From assembly GCA_001770205.1 (NCBI GenBank), contig MEQL01000012.1, positions 62,001 to 126,000 on the forward strand: a stretch of DNA of 64,000 bases. The letters are read 5' to 3'. A program made the translations under genes and the position numbers. Below, one piece after another: positions 9,327-20,260 of the stretch. The number at the start of each line of letters is the position of its first letter. Position 1 is the first letter of the stretch. Below the pieces are notes generated by a model. The model did no database searches. It was not told the DNA's origin and was given only the letters and a program-made list of their open reading frames with translations. The stretch comes from Bdellovibrionales bacterium RIFOXYD12_FULL_39_22 (GTDB lineage Bacteria > Bdellovibrionota > Bacteriovoracia > Bacteriovoracales > Bacteriovoracaceae).

Positions 9327-10796
9327 ATGCTTGCTAAAATGAATATTTCTCAAAAACTAATTAGCGGTTTTTCCATCATCTTTTTTCTTTTTGCTGTAGT
9401 GGTCATTTTTTTGATCACGGAGATGTATCAATTATCGTCCCTGCAAGAGGAATCCACAAAACGCTCTGCCAATGTTCTAAAAGTTAGTAACGCAATGGAG
9501 ACAATATACGCTTACTACACAGTAACCGCCGACGCGATTGTTAATCGCAATCTGCTCACCACCGAAAGTGCCATGTCGGAATTTGAAAAGCAGATGAGAG
9601 ATGATTTTTCGGCCATAGATAAAATTGTAAGCAACGATAAAGAGCGAGCTTTAGCGGAAGCATATAAAATAAATTTCCAAGAGTTTATTAATCTATTTAA
9701 AGATAACGTTTTGCCCATTTTGAAAAGCAAAGTTAATGAGCAAGCACTAGATCAACTCTCCATGTTTGATATCTCTGCAGCAAACAGCTACATGGTAGAT
9801 AAACGAACGGTGGCAGATAGTTCATTGCGAGAAATAATCCTCTCTATTAGACAAAAAATGGATGATGCTAATAATCTTTTTCAAGCTACCAGACAACGCA
9901 TTTTGATAATTGCCATTTCAATGGCATTTATCTCTTTTCTCATCGCCCTCATTGTAGTTTATCTAGTAACTCGTGATATAAATAGGGCCGGCAAGATAAT
10001 CTCCTTATCCATCGAAGAAATTATGGAGGCCTCCGGCCAAGTGGCCAGTGGCAATGTTGAACTATCCTCGAGAACTCAAGAGCAAGCGGCCTCACTAGAA
10101 GAAACCGCCTCTACGCTTGAAGAGATCACGGCCACTGTAAAACAAAGTGCTGATAATGCTCAAAGCGCTGAACTCTCTTCTAAAAATGCGCTGGATTCTG
10201 CAACCAAAGGAGCAGAACTTTCAGTACAAGCAACTTCTGCGATGCAAGAGATTGCAAAAAGTAGCGAACAAATTTCCAATATCGTTAATATGGTGGAAGA
10301 GATTGCCTTTCAAACTAATATATTGGCCATTAATGCCGCCATTGAAGCGGCCAAGGCCGGTGAAATGGGCAAGGGCTTTGCAGTCGTGGCCATTGAAGTC
10401 CGCGACCTAGCACAGCGTGCGGCCGATGCCGCCAAAGAGATTAAAGACCTTATTGTTAAAAGTAACGACAAGGTTCAAAAAGGTTCCATGTTAGTAAATG
10501 AAAATGCCGAACGTCTCTTAGATATTGCTCAAAGCGTGCAAAAGGTCTCTGACATAATGCAAGAGATGGCCGCGGGAACACGAGAACAATCTTCGGCCAT
10601 CGAACAAATCAACCTTGCCATTACCCAGCTAGATTCCACCACCCAGGCCAACTCCTCTCTAGTAGAAAAAGTATCGTCAAATGCAGAAACCATGTCTAAT
10701 AAGGCCAACGAGATTTCTCAATCAGTTCAAAAGTTTTTTCAAAAACATCAATCCACTCATTTGGCGAGCAAGCCCCCTGAGGAGAACATGGCCTGA
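9327..10796 (+). CDS. Methyl-accepting chemotaxis protein (2 TM, periplasmic helical sensor)
   Basis: Two TM helices; [44 protein letters not shown] hairpin. Confidence 0.95.
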   Translation: MLAKMNISQKLISGFSIIFFLFAVVVIFLITEMYQLSSLQEESTKRSANVLKVSNAMETIYAYYTVTADAIVNRNLLTTESAMSEFEKQMRDDFSAIDKIVSNDKERALAEAYKINFQEFINLFKDNVLPILKSKVNEQALDQLSMFDISAANSYMVDKRTVADSSLREIILSIRQKMDDANNLFQATRQRILIIAISMAFISFLIALIVVYLVTRDINRAGKIISLSIEEIMEASGQVASGNVELSSRTQEQAASLEETASTLEEITATVKQSADNAQSAELSSKNALDSATKGAELSVQATSAMQEIAKSSEQISNIVNMVEEIAFQTNILAINAAIEAAKAGEMGKGFAVVAIEVRDLAQRAADAAKEIKDLIVKSNDKVQKGSMLVNENAERLLDIAQSVQKVSDIMQEMAAGTREQSSAIEQINLAITQLDSTTQANSSLVEKVSSNAETMSNKANEISQSVQKFFQKHQSTHLASKPPEENMA

Positions 10797-11734
10797 CAGA
10801 AGGCCGAACTCTTCGACAAACAGATCATTTGTGATTTTTTGTCTTTAAACGTTTTAATCACGTGGCCCATTAACTTCTCTTCAAAAAAATGCTCCGCTTC
10901 TAGGAAAAAAAGTAGTGATGGTTTAATGGCGGTTTTATTTTTATAAAAATAGTAAATTAAAAAAGCTGCTAACTCGCTCTGAGGAGAATGAATGGTAAAG
11001 AGAGGAGAAATTGCGCCAGTTTCATCGGCAATGATAAAAGGTTTTTCTTCTCCTTCGATAAACTCTAATTGAGAATTTTTTCCAGTTATCTCTTTTAGTT
11101 TTGCCGAGACCTCTAGCAATAAGGCCTTCCAAACGTTGGGGGCCGCCGAAGTAAGTAACTTTGTGGAATTTAGCAGTCCCTCCAAGAGACGAAAAGATTT
11201 ATCACCCTTTCCTCCCAAATACACAGCACTCTGAAAAATCTTATTAATAATCATCAGTAAACGCGCAAAGGCCTTGGGATCATTAACCAAATATTCATTA
11301 CCCTCTTTAAATTTTACCAGTCCCGTATTTTGCTGTAGTAAAAAAACTCTTGTTGTATTAAAGATTACCTCGGATAAAAAACGCTCACCATTTTTTATAG
11401 AAAATATCACTCCTATTTTTGCGTTAGATAATTCCCCAACATGATTTAACCATCCTAAAATATCTTTGAACTCATCGGTTAAGGCAGAAAGTTCAAATGA
11501 GAGAACTATTCGCGATAATTTGGAAGCTGACAAATCTGCCACCATTTGTGAATCCAATTGCACGCTGGCCGCTCCTAATTTCAAAGTAATAGGTGCCCGA
11601 TGAAAAGAGGCAAAAAAAGTACTAAAATCACCAATGGAATTGGCCAGATCACTCTCTTTTTTTACAACTACCAAGTCATGCTTTTGTAATTGAATGGACT
11701 CTGCTAAATCTACTTGCAAAATAGTTGTATGCAT
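10757..11734 (-). CDS. Hypothetical protein, last gene of che cluster 1
   Basis: 325-aa ORF with SD GAGGA, co-oriented with the che genes; no clear motif. Confidence 0.65.
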   Translation of the reverse strand: MHTTILQVDLAESIQLQKHDLVVVKKESDLANSIGDFSTFFASFHRAPITLKLGAASVQLDSQMVADLSASKLSRIVLSFELSALTDEFKDILGWLNHVGELSNAKIGVIFSIKNGERFLSEVIFNTTRVFLLQQNTGLVKFKEGNEYLVNDPKAFARLLMIINKIFQSAVYLGGKGDKSFRLLEGLLNSTKLLTSAAPNVWKALLLEVSAKLKEITGKNSQLEFIEGEEKPFIIADETGAISPLFTIHSPQSELAAFLIYYFYKNKTAIKPSLLFFLEAEHFFEEKLMGHVIKTFKDKKSQMICLSKSSAFCQAMFSSGGLLAK

Positions 11735-11752
11735 CAGTTCTTATCCTCACTC

Positions 11753-13297
11753 TTAGTTTTTATTTAAAGAACTATCCTTACCCATCGCCTCTTGCGCCAT
11801 GATATTTGCCTGATCAATTGCTTTAATTACCTCTCCTAAATTTTTGCTAGTCGATAAAATGCTACTGGCCGAACCGGCCGCTACTCCCACTTGGCCTGCA
11901 ATATCTTTTGCCACAAAACTCTGCTCTTCTACGCTAGTTGCCACTGCGCTGGTAAATTCCACCACGGAAGTAATGATTTCCTTGATGCGCGCAATTTCCT
12001 GATGGGCCGAAGCAATGGTTTCTGTAATTTTCTCAATCTGCGAGCTAATTACCTCGGTAGATTTTATCGTCTGATTGGCCAGGCCTTTTACTTCGGATGC
12101 AACTACCGCAAATCCTCTTCCCGCCTCGCCCGCACTGGCCGCCTCGATAGTAGCATTAAGCGCCAGTAAGTTTGTTTGCGTAGCAATGGTTTCAATCATA
12201 TTAACAATTTTTCCAATCTCTTTGGAATTTTCTTTTAAGTGATCCATTATCTCCGAAGAAACCTGTGCACGTTTATCTGCTTCTTGGGCCACTCCTGCGG
12301 CCTTCGTAGTATTTTTTGAAATCTCATTAATTGCACCACACATCTCATCTAACGCAACGGCCGTGGATGTTACACTGGCGGAAGTTTTGGTGGCCGACTG
12401 AAAAACCTTCTCGATATCTTCTCGGGCCCTGACTGATTTAACGACTAACATATCAATGGCCGCACGAACTCCTTGTGCTTTGGCCTCAGCGGTAGAATTT
12501 TGTTTTTTAAAAAAGGCAGTTTGAGTTTCTAGCGAAGAAGAAATCTCGGCAATTTTTTCTTGGGCCTTTTGCAACTCGAGATTTTTTTGGACAATCTCTT
12601 CTTTTTGCGTATTAAACTCTTTGTTGTCATGCAAATAAAGAAGCCGCCGGCCTTCTCCATTGTGTTGCAGAAGATATGCCAAACAAGTGAAAGAGTGTGG
12701 TTGGCCGTCTTTATAAAGATAAATCTGACATTTTTCCTGTGAATTACTATCTAACCACAAAGATAACTCCTCTTGTAGAGGCAAGGGCATGAACATCGCA
12801 AAAAGCGAAAAGAAACCATCCTCTTCGGATAAGGGATGGGACATAAATTCGCTGGCCGCTTCATTGGCAAAAAATACCTTTTTGTCGCTAGATATTTCTA
12901 TAATTGGAGAAGAAATCTTATTCAACAAGGATAACCAATGATCTGCCTGGGCCTTATTGTCGCTGGCCATTTCCACTAAACGATTAATACTATCTATAAA
13001 TCCACTCAGCTCGGCATTTGTATCAACACGAGTTAATTTTAATAATGTTCCTTCAAATATGGCAGATAGATCATTAACGCTTCGAGAAAGCGGCGAAATT
13101 ATTTTTTTCAAATTAATATGTAAAAAAAGTAATGATATTGCTAAAATACCTAAGAGGGCCACTAATTCAATTCCTATTCCAGTTTTTCCCTGCAACAGTC
13201 GCTCTTTTTGAAAAAAATAGATGGCCATCATGGCCGGCAGTAATAAAACATAGACTGTCTTTATCACCTCTTTAAAAGTAGTCATTTTAACTTTCAT
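11753..13297 (-). CDS. Methyl-accepting chemotaxis protein with HAMP and PAS-like region
   Basis: Two TM helices; HAMP-like [17 protein letters not shown]-like [38 protein letters not shown]. Confidence 0.9.
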   Translation of the reverse strand: MKVKMTTFKEVIKTVYVLLLPAMMAIYFFQKERLLQGKTGIGIELVALLGILAISLLFLHINLKKIISPLSRSVNDLSAIFEGTLLKLTRVDTNAELSGFIDSINRLVEMASDNKAQADHWLSLLNKISSPIIEISSDKKVFFANEAASEFMSHPLSEEDGFFSLFAMFMPLPLQEELSLWLDSNSQEKCQIYLYKDGQPHSFTCLAYLLQHNGEGRRLLYLHDNKEFNTQKEEIVQKNLELQKAQEKIAEISSSLETQTAFFKKQNSTAEAKAQGVRAAIDMLVVKSVRAREDIEKVFQSATKTSASVTSTAVALDEMCGAINEISKNTTKAAGVAQEADKRAQVSSEIMDHLKENSKEIGKIVNMIETIATQTNLLALNATIEAASAGEAGRGFAVVASEVKGLANQTIKSTEVISSQIEKITETIASAHQEIARIKEIITSVVEFTSAVATSVEEQSFVAKDIAGQVGVAAGSASSILSTSKNLGEVIKAIDQANIMAQEAMGKDSSLNKN

Positions 13298-13307
13298 ATT
13301 TATTACC

Positions 13308-13733
13308 TCACATCCTTACAAAACCTGTAATAAGTGTTTCTAGAACTTTTGCTGAAAAATTATCTGCTTTGAATGGTTTCATAATATATCCATCCACTCC
13401 CATTTTTAAAACTTTTACAATATCATCTTTTTTTGTATGGCCAGTGACCATTAAAAACGGAATGATCTTTGACGAAGGAACTTTTTTTACCATCTGCAAA
13501 ACCTGAACTCCCGTCACCTTGGGCATATCCCAGTCGCAAATAATAAGATCAACCCTACCACGCACTTGAATAATCTTGGCCAGCTCACTTAAGGCCATCG
13601 CTCCATCTTCTGCTAAATACAAATTACCTTCCTTGATTCCTAAACCTAGCAACATTTTTTTATGATTGGCCCGCATTAGCGCAGTATCGTCGACCACCAA
13701 AATAATACGGTTTTCCATTGAAAATAGTTCCAT
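13308..13733 (-). CDS. cheY: CheY-like response regulator
   Basis: ILVVDD, ICDWDMP, MVTG, YIMKPF. Confidence 0.88.
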   Translation of the reverse strand: MELFSMENRIILVVDDTALMRANHKKMLLGLGIKEGNLYLAEDGAMALSELAKIIQVRGRVDLIICDWDMPKVTGVQVLQMVKKVPSSKIIPFLMVTGHTKKDDIVKVLKMGVDGYIMKPFKADNFSAKVLETLITGFVRM

Positions 13734-14612
13734 CTATTTCTCTCCATCTGCTAATTTATAGGTGGTAGTAGAAAATCTTTCATCCAAAACTAGTTGAGAA
13801 AAACCTACAGGAAGAAACTCCGAGGATCCTAGCACTAAGGTTCCTTTATCTGAGAGTGACTTGGCCAATTTCTCCACCACTTGCGCCTTGAGATCTTCTC
13901 GAAAATAGATCAAAACATTGCGACAAAAAATTATATCAAATTTTTCTGATCCGAGATGGAAGGGATCTAGAAGATTCAAGGCATCAAAAGATGCCATTTT
14001 TCTTATATCACTTTTTAGTTGATAGCGAGTATCATCGAAGCGATCCATATAAGCAAGTAATCGGGAGGTAGGCCCTCGAGAAATCTGTGCCTCCGAATAT
14101 ATTCCATCACTGGCCACTTTGAGTGATTTTGGAGAAAGATCGGTCCCTCTGATATTAATCATCAAGCGACAATCATCTGCCATTTTCTGCCGAATAAAAT
14201 AATCACAAAAAGCAATGGCCATGGAATAGGCCTCCTGCCCAGTAGCGGCAGCTGCCGACCAAATTTTCAAAGGGCGTTTTTTTCCTAGCACTATTTGCCC
14301 TACGAAATAGGGAATAATTTCTTTTTCAAAAACTTCCCACAATTTATCATCTCTAAACCAGAAGGTTTCATTGGTAGTCAAAAGTTCTAACATCTCAAAA
14401 AGCAAACGCGGCATATTTTTTACAGAAGAATAAATCTCCTTATAATCTTTCAGCTCATGCTTTATGGCAAAATCGGAAAGGCGTGATTGCATTAAATATC
14501 CTTTATCCGCTCCCAAATGTAGGCCTGAATATTTTTCAATCATGCTGCCAAGCAAGCGAATCTCTTCGCTAGAAGGCAATGGCAAAATTCTATTGGTATT
14601 TAAATAACTCAT
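13734..14612 (-). CDS. cheR: Chemotaxis methyltransferase
   Basis: LTTNETFWFRD, IWSAAAATGQEAYS, FDIIFCRNVLIYF, LGSSE. Confidence 0.93.
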   Translation of the reverse strand: MSYLNTNRILPLPSSEEIRLLGSMIEKYSGLHLGADKGYLMQSRLSDFAIKHELKDYKEIYSSVKNMPRLLFEMLELLTTNETFWFRDDKLWEVFEKEIIPYFVGQIVLGKKRPLKIWSAAAATGQEAYSMAIAFCDYFIRQKMADDCRLMINIRGTDLSPKSLKVASDGIYSEAQISRGPTSRLLAYMDRFDDTRYQLKSDIRKMASFDALNLLDPFHLGSEKFDIIFCRNVLIYFREDLKAQVVEKLAKSLSDKGTLVLGSSEFLPVGFSQLVLDERFSTTTYKLADGEK

Positions 14613-14621
14613 GCCTATTTT

Positions 14622-15275
14622 TCATCCTTTCCCTTTTACTAATTTGTTAATTCTCATCGCCAAGCGCTCAAGCGAAACTATTTCACTAACCACCCCTTTT
14701 TCCCATGTGGCCTTGGGCATTCCCCATACTACCGAGGACTTTTCATCTTGAATAATTATATAGTTTCGGGCCTCAGTGGCCATTCGATACGCCCCCTCCG
14801 CGCCATCATTTCCCATTCCAGTCATAATCAATCCAACGATGTTGTGATTATTCAAATCGGCAACTGAATTAAAAAGCACATCTACTGAGGGGCGACAACT
14901 ATGTACATTGGGGCCATCGCGTAAAACAATTTTGTATCGTCCTGGCCGAGATAAATTCGTATTCATTTTTAGATACATATGAATTCCGCCTGGGCAAAGA
15001 TAAATTTCTCCGGGCATCGGCACATCATCGTGTTGGGCCTCACAAACTTTTAAAGAAGTGTGTCTTTGTAGTTGTTGGGCCAACTGCTTTGTAAATCCCT
15101 CTTTAACATGTAGAACAATAACGATGGGGCAAGTAAGGTTAGGGTCAAGTCCCTTTACTAAAACAGAAAGAGCTTCTGGCCCTCCCGTGGAAACGCCAAT
15201 GACTAACATCTCCACGGCCGCCGGAATTTCTCTTTTTAGAATTTTGGCCTCCAAGTCAACCACGCTACTATTCAC
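14622..15275 (-). CDS. cheB: CheB methylesterase, catalytic domain only
   Basis: GVSTGGP, VLH, CRPSVDVLF, MTGMGNDG, VWGMP; no receiver domain. Confidence 0.92.
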   Translation of the reverse strand: MNSSVVDLEAKILKREIPAAVEMLVIGVSTGGPEALSVLVKGLDPNLTCPIVIVLHVKEGFTKQLAQQLQRHTSLKVCEAQHDDVPMPGEIYLCPGGIHMYLKMNTNLSRPGRYKIVLRDGPNVHSCRPSVDVLFNSVADLNNHNIVGLIMTGMGNDGAEGAYRMATEARNYIIIQDEKSSVVWGMPKATWEKGVVSEIVSLERLAMRINKLVKGKG

Positions 15276-15289
15276 TTATAGATTCTCCT

Positions 15290-15760
15290 TCAAATTTTTT
15301 TAAAAAATTTAAACGCATCAATGATCAACACCAATCCATGATCTAATTGTACCACTCCCGAAATGACATCCAATAAATTCTGCGGGAAATTTTGAGAAAT
15401 TGCTTTAACTTTTCTATTGTCTATTTCTAAAACATCTCCAATGCTGTTTATCACTAGGCCAACTAAATCATTTCCCAGATCTCCGGCCGCTATCAGTCCC
15501 TTTTCTACTATGGGACGAATTAGATCACTATTTTTAAAAATTAAGACATTATCATTTTTCTTATTCAGTGGAGTAAAATGCTTTGTGAACATACCTGGAT
15601 GGATTAAAGAAACTACGTTACCTCGCAAATTCATCAGTCCACAATATTCTTCTTTGGCACCAGGAACATTTACTATTTCAAAGATGGGAGAAATTTCTTT
15701 GATAAATAAAACATCAACTCCGTAAAGTTCATTACCTATTTTAAAAGTACTTATTTGCAT
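15290..15760 (-). CDS. cheW: CheW adaptor
   Basis: FKIGNELYGVD, VPGA...GLMNLRGNVV. Confidence 0.88.
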   Translation of the reverse strand: MQISTFKIGNELYGVDVLFIKEISPIFEIVNVPGAKEEYCGLMNLRGNVVSLIHPGMFTKHFTPLNKKNDNVLIFKNSDLIRPIVEKGLIAAGDLGNDLVGLVINSIGDVLEIDNRKVKAISQNFPQNLLDVISGVVQLDHGLVLIIDAFKFFKKI

Positions 15761-18600
15761 GACAAAATATCCTGGATTGAATTTAACAGCTCTAATTTAT
15801 CCGTCTTTTTCAACCACCGTTTCATACCTAAGCTCATTCCCTTATCTACCATTTTTTTATTGGTGAGACTGGTGATGGCAATTACTGGTACTTGCCGAAT
15901 ATTGCTCATGGCGTTTAAGCGCTCTGTTAACTCGAGGCCGCTCATTTCCGGCATTTCAATATCTGTAAGAAGTAAGTCATAATCATGATCAGCGTTCATC
16001 AATCGCTCTAATGCCAACTTCCCATTTCCAACCAAATCAACAGAATGTTCATCTTCTTTCAGATAAGACATAACCATCTTTTGATAAAGAGGAGTATCTT
16101 CTGCAAAAAGAATTTTATATTTGCCCCGCTTCTTACTTTCTCGAAAGCAATCGTGAACAAAAGATTCAAAAAACTTATGAATGTCTAACAAAAAAGTTAT
16201 CTTATCATCAATAATTGCCGTCCCCATAAAATGGGGGCCCAGGGTAGTGTTGGGTTCAATATGCAAAGAGACTTCTTTAGTATCCACTATTTTCCCAATA
16301 AGTAAGGCCATTGGAATTTTTAGTTCTTTGGGAATAATAATAAAGCCCTCTCCTTTCATGGGCAGATTAGTTTGGTTTTGTTCTAAATCAACAATCATGG
16401 TAGTGCTTTCCATGTAATTTAAATACTTCTGTTTTTCGATAAATTGAATATTACTCTTTTCAATTTGATCTACTCGCTTGATAGCAGAAACCGGAATGGC
16501 ATAGCGCTCTTGTCCATTATTATCAAAAATTAAAATATTAATTCGATCAGTAGAAGAACTCTGTTTTTGACGAATTATCTTTTGTGATAGGCCCTGCGCC
16601 TTCTCAAAAATCAGACGATTCTTGCTTGCAATCCCATGAACATCAACAATGAGTGCAACTTTCCCATCACCTAAAATAGTTACCCCCGCGTAACTAGACA
16701 GATAACGCAAATGCATTGGCAGCGATTTTACTATAATCTCTTCAAAGCCAATAATTTTATCCACAATCACGGCAAAACGATTATGCCCTGTAGTCACCAC
16801 CATTACTTTTATATTTTTCTCGATAGAGGGTGGACGAAAGTTGGCAATCACCTCTTTCCTATCTAGACTAGATCCATCCTCTAGGATTTCTACACTAGAG
16901 AGATTGCGCCGTTTTTCCACTTGACGCTGGCCAGTCTCTGGATGAGTAAAATAGCGAAGAAGTCCCACGCAATCTGCCAAATGCATAAGCGGAATTAGTT
17001 CTCCTCGCAATTGAATTACTTGCCCATCTAAAATGGTTGCAATCTTTTCAGAAAATTCCGTGGGGGTAACTCGTAAAAGTTCTTCCACACTCACCTGTGG
17101 AACGGCAAAAGTTTGGCCTCCCACTTCAACAATCAAAGAAGAAATTATGGCCAACGTCAGCGGTAAGGAAATTTTAACGGTACTTCCGCGGCCGATGGCC
17201 GTTTCAATATCCACACTGCCGCCTAATTTTTCAATATTAGTCTTAACCACATCCATGCCAACCCCTCGCCCAGAAAGATCTGTTACCTTTTCTGCGGTGG
17301 AAAATCCCGGCATAAAAATTAATCTTAATTTCTCTTCATGCTTCATCTGATGGTAGTGCTCCGTCGAAATCACTCCTTTTTCCAATGCCTTTTTAGCAAC
17401 TTTCTCCGCATCAATTCCTCTCCCATCGTCACTCACTTCGATATGTACCAATCCCCCAGCATGAAAGGCCTTGAGGGTAATTTTCCCTTCTCGCGGCTTA
17501 CCTGCCGCTTCTCGCTCCTTTTCTGTCTCTAATCCATGATCTGCACAGTTGCGCACTAAATGGTTTAAAGGATCGGAGATGGCCTCAATGATAGTTTTAT
17601 CTAATTCAACATTCTCTCCCTCGGTAGATACATTTATGGCCTTGCCTAATTTCCCGGCCATATCTCTAACCAGCCGAGGAAATTTGTTAAAGGCCAAGGA
17701 AATGGGCTGCATGCGCATACTCATAATTTCTGTCTGAATTTCTGTGGTAATGCGATTAGTATTTTGGAAAATTCCTCCCGCGGCCTGATTTTTTATATCA
17801 TCTCTATAAAAACTCAAAAGCTGATTGCGCGCCAGAACCAACTCGCCGGCCAAATTAACCAACTTGTTAAGTTTAGCAACACTAATTCGCAAGGTTTGAT
17901 CAGCTGCCGAAACCGCAGTAGTTGTAGTTGTTGCTGTTGTTGTATGGACATTAGAAGTGGGCGTTGCTACTTTTGCTATTGGAAGTTTTTTCTTTTCTTT
18001 TGAATCAGAAACTGTCTCTAATTGCTGCTTTAACTCTTTGGACATCTCAAGAAGTGTAGCTATATCATCTTGTACACTATCTTCCTTGCCTAATTGCTTG
18101 CGCAAATCAGCGGAGAATGCCAACAACATAGCAACATCATTTTGCACATTCTGAGGAGATATCTCCGTCTTGATTTCCGTTTTCTCTTCCGTTTCCATTT
18201 TCGTTTCAGTATTTGTTTCTATTTCTGTTGCTGTTTCTTGTGTTTCTACAAACTTCAAAGAATTCTCTATCTCCGCAAAGTCAAAAGAGTCTGACGGATT
18301 AGACAAATGAGACTTAAGCAGATCTGTTCCGGCCAAAAGAGCATCAATACTTTTTTTGCTGGGAGAAATACTTCCCTCCCTCACCGCTCCCAGAAAATTT
18401 TCCATAGTGTGTGCCAACTTCATCATGGAATCATATTCCAAGAGGCCAGCACCACCTTTTATACTATGAATAGCGCGAAAGAGTTCATTAACCAAATCAG
18501 TTTCAGTTGAATTTTCTAACTCTAACAGTTTGCGTTCAAGCAACGTCAGTGCCTCGCTAGTATCATCAATAAATAGTTTTACTAAATCATCATCGGCCAT
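15751..18600 (-). CDS. cheA: Hybrid CheA histidine kinase (HPt, dimerisation, HATPase, two CheW-like domains, C-terminal receiver)
   Basis: FRAIHSIKG, HLVRNCADHG, DDGRG, SGRGVGMDVV, two P5-like segments, ILFAED...TDIEMP receiver. Confidence 0.94.
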   Translation of the reverse strand: MADDDLVKLFIDDTSEALTLLERKLLELENSTETDLVNELFRAIHSIKGGAGLLEYDSMMKLAHTMENFLGAVREGSISPSKKSIDALLAGTDLLKSHLSNPSDSFDFAEIENSLKFVETQETATEIETNTETKMETEEKTEIKTEISPQNVQNDVAMLLAFSADLRKQLGKEDSVQDDIATLLEMSKELKQQLETVSDSKEKKKLPIAKVATPTSNVHTTTATTTTTAVSAADQTLRISVAKLNKLVNLAGELVLARNQLLSFYRDDIKNQAAGGIFQNTNRITTEIQTEIMSMRMQPISLAFNKFPRLVRDMAGKLGKAINVSTEGENVELDKTIIEAISDPLNHLVRNCADHGLETEKEREAAGKPREGKITLKAFHAGGLVHIEVSDDGRGIDAEKVAKKALEKGVISTEHYHQMKHEEKLRLIFMPGFSTAEKVTDLSGRGVGMDVVKTNIEKLGGSVDIETAIGRGSTVKISLPLTLAIISSLIVEVGGQTFAVPQVSVEELLRVTPTEFSEKIATILDGQVIQLRGELIPLMHLADCVGLLRYFTHPETGQRQVEKRRNLSSVEILEDGSSLDRKEVIANFRPPSIEKNIKVMVVTTGHNRFAVIVDKIIGFEEIIVKSLPMHLRYLSSYAGVTILGDGKVALIVDVHGIASKNRLIFEKAQGLSQKIIRQKQSSSTDRINILIFDNNGQERYAIPVSAIKRVDQIEKSNIQFIEKQKYLNYMESTTMIVDLEQNQTNLPMKGEGFIIIPKELKIPMALLIGKIVDTKEVSLHIEPNTTLGPHFMGTAIIDDKITFLLDIHKFFESFVHDCFRESKKRGKYKILFAEDTPLYQKMVMSYLKEDEHSVDLVGNGKLALERLMNADHDYDLLLTDIEMPEMSGLELTERLNAMSNIRQVPVIAITSLTNKKMVDKGMSLGMKRWLKKTDKLELLNSIQDILSCK

Positions 18601-18610
18601 ATAAAATTTT

Positions 18611-19828
18611 CTACTCTAGCGGCGATTGTTGTTTGGTTATTTTCGCACTATCTAAAACTTTTCTCATTTCACTTAATTCTTCTTGTAATTCACTAATTCG
18701 GTTGGCCATTATTTCTCCCGTAACTACAATTTCACTCCCTACCTTGCCATTACCACTCAACATTTCCAAAATGGAAATTAGCTGCTGATTAATATCTCCC
18801 CCTAAAGAAGACATGGTTGAGATTAATTTATTTGATGACTCCGATTTAGCGGCAATATTCTTCGTGGAGGTAGATGCTGTTTGCATAGTTTTAGAAATAT
18901 CCGAAATGGCAAAACTCTGTTCTTCAATGCTCGTGGCCAAAGTGTTGGTAAATTCTCCCACCTGCGCAATAATTTCTTGGATACGAGCAGTCTCTTCATG
19001 CGCAATCTTAACCGTATTTTGAATTTTTCCTATTTGCTCCGAAATAACGTTGGTGGAATTAATTGTCTGATTTGCCAAACTTTTTATTTCTGAGGCAACA
19101 ACCGCAAATCCAGCTCCGGCCTCGTTGGCACTGGCCGCCTCAATCGTGGCGTTCAGAGAGAGCAAGTTGGTTTGATCTGCAATGTCTTCAATAATATTTA
19201 TAATTTTACTAATCTGCTTAGAATTTGCAGACAATTCCTTCATTACCTCAAATGAATTATGAACTTTATCCGTCGCCTCTTTGGAAATTGCCGCCACTTG
19301 AACGGTCTGCTTAGATAAATTATTAATGGTAGCAGAGAGCTCTTCTGTGGCAGTAGCAATAGTGGCAATCGGCCCTGCAACTTCATTGGTATTGGTGGAA
19401 ACTAAGGCCAAGTCATTTGATACATCTTTGGTTTTATCTCCAAATTTCAACGAATCACTCTTCACCTGTTCTGTCGACTTTATAATCTCTTTGGTCTGAC
19501 CAGAGAGCAGTTGGATATTTTTAAAAAAATCGTTGGCCACCAAGGCCATGGCCGAAACGATGGAGGTTGCTGTTTCAACTTTTTGGAAAAGCGTAGTTGC
19601 CATGTTATGAAAATCATCAGCGACAGCTACCTTTGGCGGCAAGGCCGCACTGGCCTTAATTTTTTGCTGCAGTTGTGCCAACTGCTGTAAATAGTCCTCT
19701 TTTTCTAAAATAAGCTGCCCAACTTTTGCTTGTTCTTGTGTGAATAGCTTTTTTATTTTGGACAAGCTATGCCATAACGCCAGCGCCAATAGCGGAAAAA
19801 CTAGTAATAGAAACTCCCAAAACTTCAT
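18611..19828 (-). CDS. Methyl-accepting chemotaxis protein, single TM anchor
   Basis: N-terminal TM helix; [30 protein letters not shown]. Confidence 0.9.
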   Translation of the reverse strand: MKFWEFLLLVFPLLALALWHSLSKIKKLFTQEQAKVGQLILEKEDYLQQLAQLQQKIKASAALPPKVAVADDFHNMATTLFQKVETATSIVSAMALVANDFFKNIQLLSGQTKEIIKSTEQVKSDSLKFGDKTKDVSNDLALVSTNTNEVAGPIATIATATEELSATINNLSKQTVQVAAISKEATDKVHNSFEVMKELSANSKQISKIINIIEDIADQTNLLSLNATIEAASANEAGAGFAVVASEIKSLANQTINSTNVISEQIGKIQNTVKIAHEETARIQEIIAQVGEFTNTLATSIEEQSFAISDISKTMQTASTSTKNIAAKSESSNKLISTMSSLGGDINQQLISILEMLSGNGKVGSEIVVTGEIMANRISELQEELSEMRKVLDSAKITKQQSPLE

Positions 19829-19865
19829 AGGGCCTCGACTGGTTGCTAGATAGTTACTTTATTAG

Positions 19866-19894
19866 ATTATAATTAGTTGCCCTTGGCCGGTCTA
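19866..19894 (-). promoter_or_regulatory. Putative sigma70 promoter of che cluster 1
   Basis: Minus strand TAGACC-N17-TATAAT, 38 bp upstream of the MCP start. Confidence 0.55.
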
Positions 19895-19965
19895 CCGGCA
19901 AAAACTCCACCACGCTACCACTTGCCAATTCCAAAACGACACTAGGCGCTAAATACTGCACCAAA

Positions 19966-19978
19966 CAACTTGCTGATT
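19966..19978 (-). promoter_or_regulatory. IHF consensus site
   Basis: Minus strand AATCAG-CAAG-TTG matches WATCAR-N4-TTR, just upstream of a sigma54-like element. Confidence 0.5.
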
Positions 19979-20004
19979 TTCCACTAAACATTCTCGGCGC
20001 AAAC

Positions 20005-20020
20005 CGGCATGTTCTTTGTA
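20005..20020 (+). promoter_or_regulatory. Putative sigma54 -24/-12 promoter
   Basis: CGGCATG-TTCT-TTGTA versus TGGCACG-N4-TTGCW (correct GG-N10 spacing; -12 is GT rather than GC). Confidence 0.5.
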
Positions 20021-20061
20021 AATAGAGCTTAGAGTCTTGGGAAACATAGTAAGGAGGTCCC

Positions 20062-20157
20062 ATGAAAAGACAATTGAGCAAAAAGATCACCATAAGACGC
20101 CAAGAATTAGTTCATGGATTGGCCCTGGCAATTTTGATTCTTCTCTCCTGGGCATAA
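20062..20157 (+). CDS. Small 31-aa putative membrane protein
   Basis: Not in the ORF track. SD TAAGGAGGT then ATG; MKRQLSKKITIRRQELVHGLALAILILLSWA, basic N-terminus and hydrophobic C-terminus. Confidence 0.6.
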   Translation: MKRQLSKKITIRRQELVHGLALAILILLSWA

Positions 20158-20260
20158 TTGCCCCAAATTAAGTACCTATGAAATAAATACGGCCTTAAAA
20201 TTTCATTTTGTAAAAGTATAAAGTTTTTCGTAGATTGCATCCAAGGAAGGAATAACTGTC

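Noticed and set aside
19854..20093. 79-aa minus-strand ORF
   Set aside because: No SD or motif; it overlaps promoter elements and the better-supported plus-strand 31-aa ORF.
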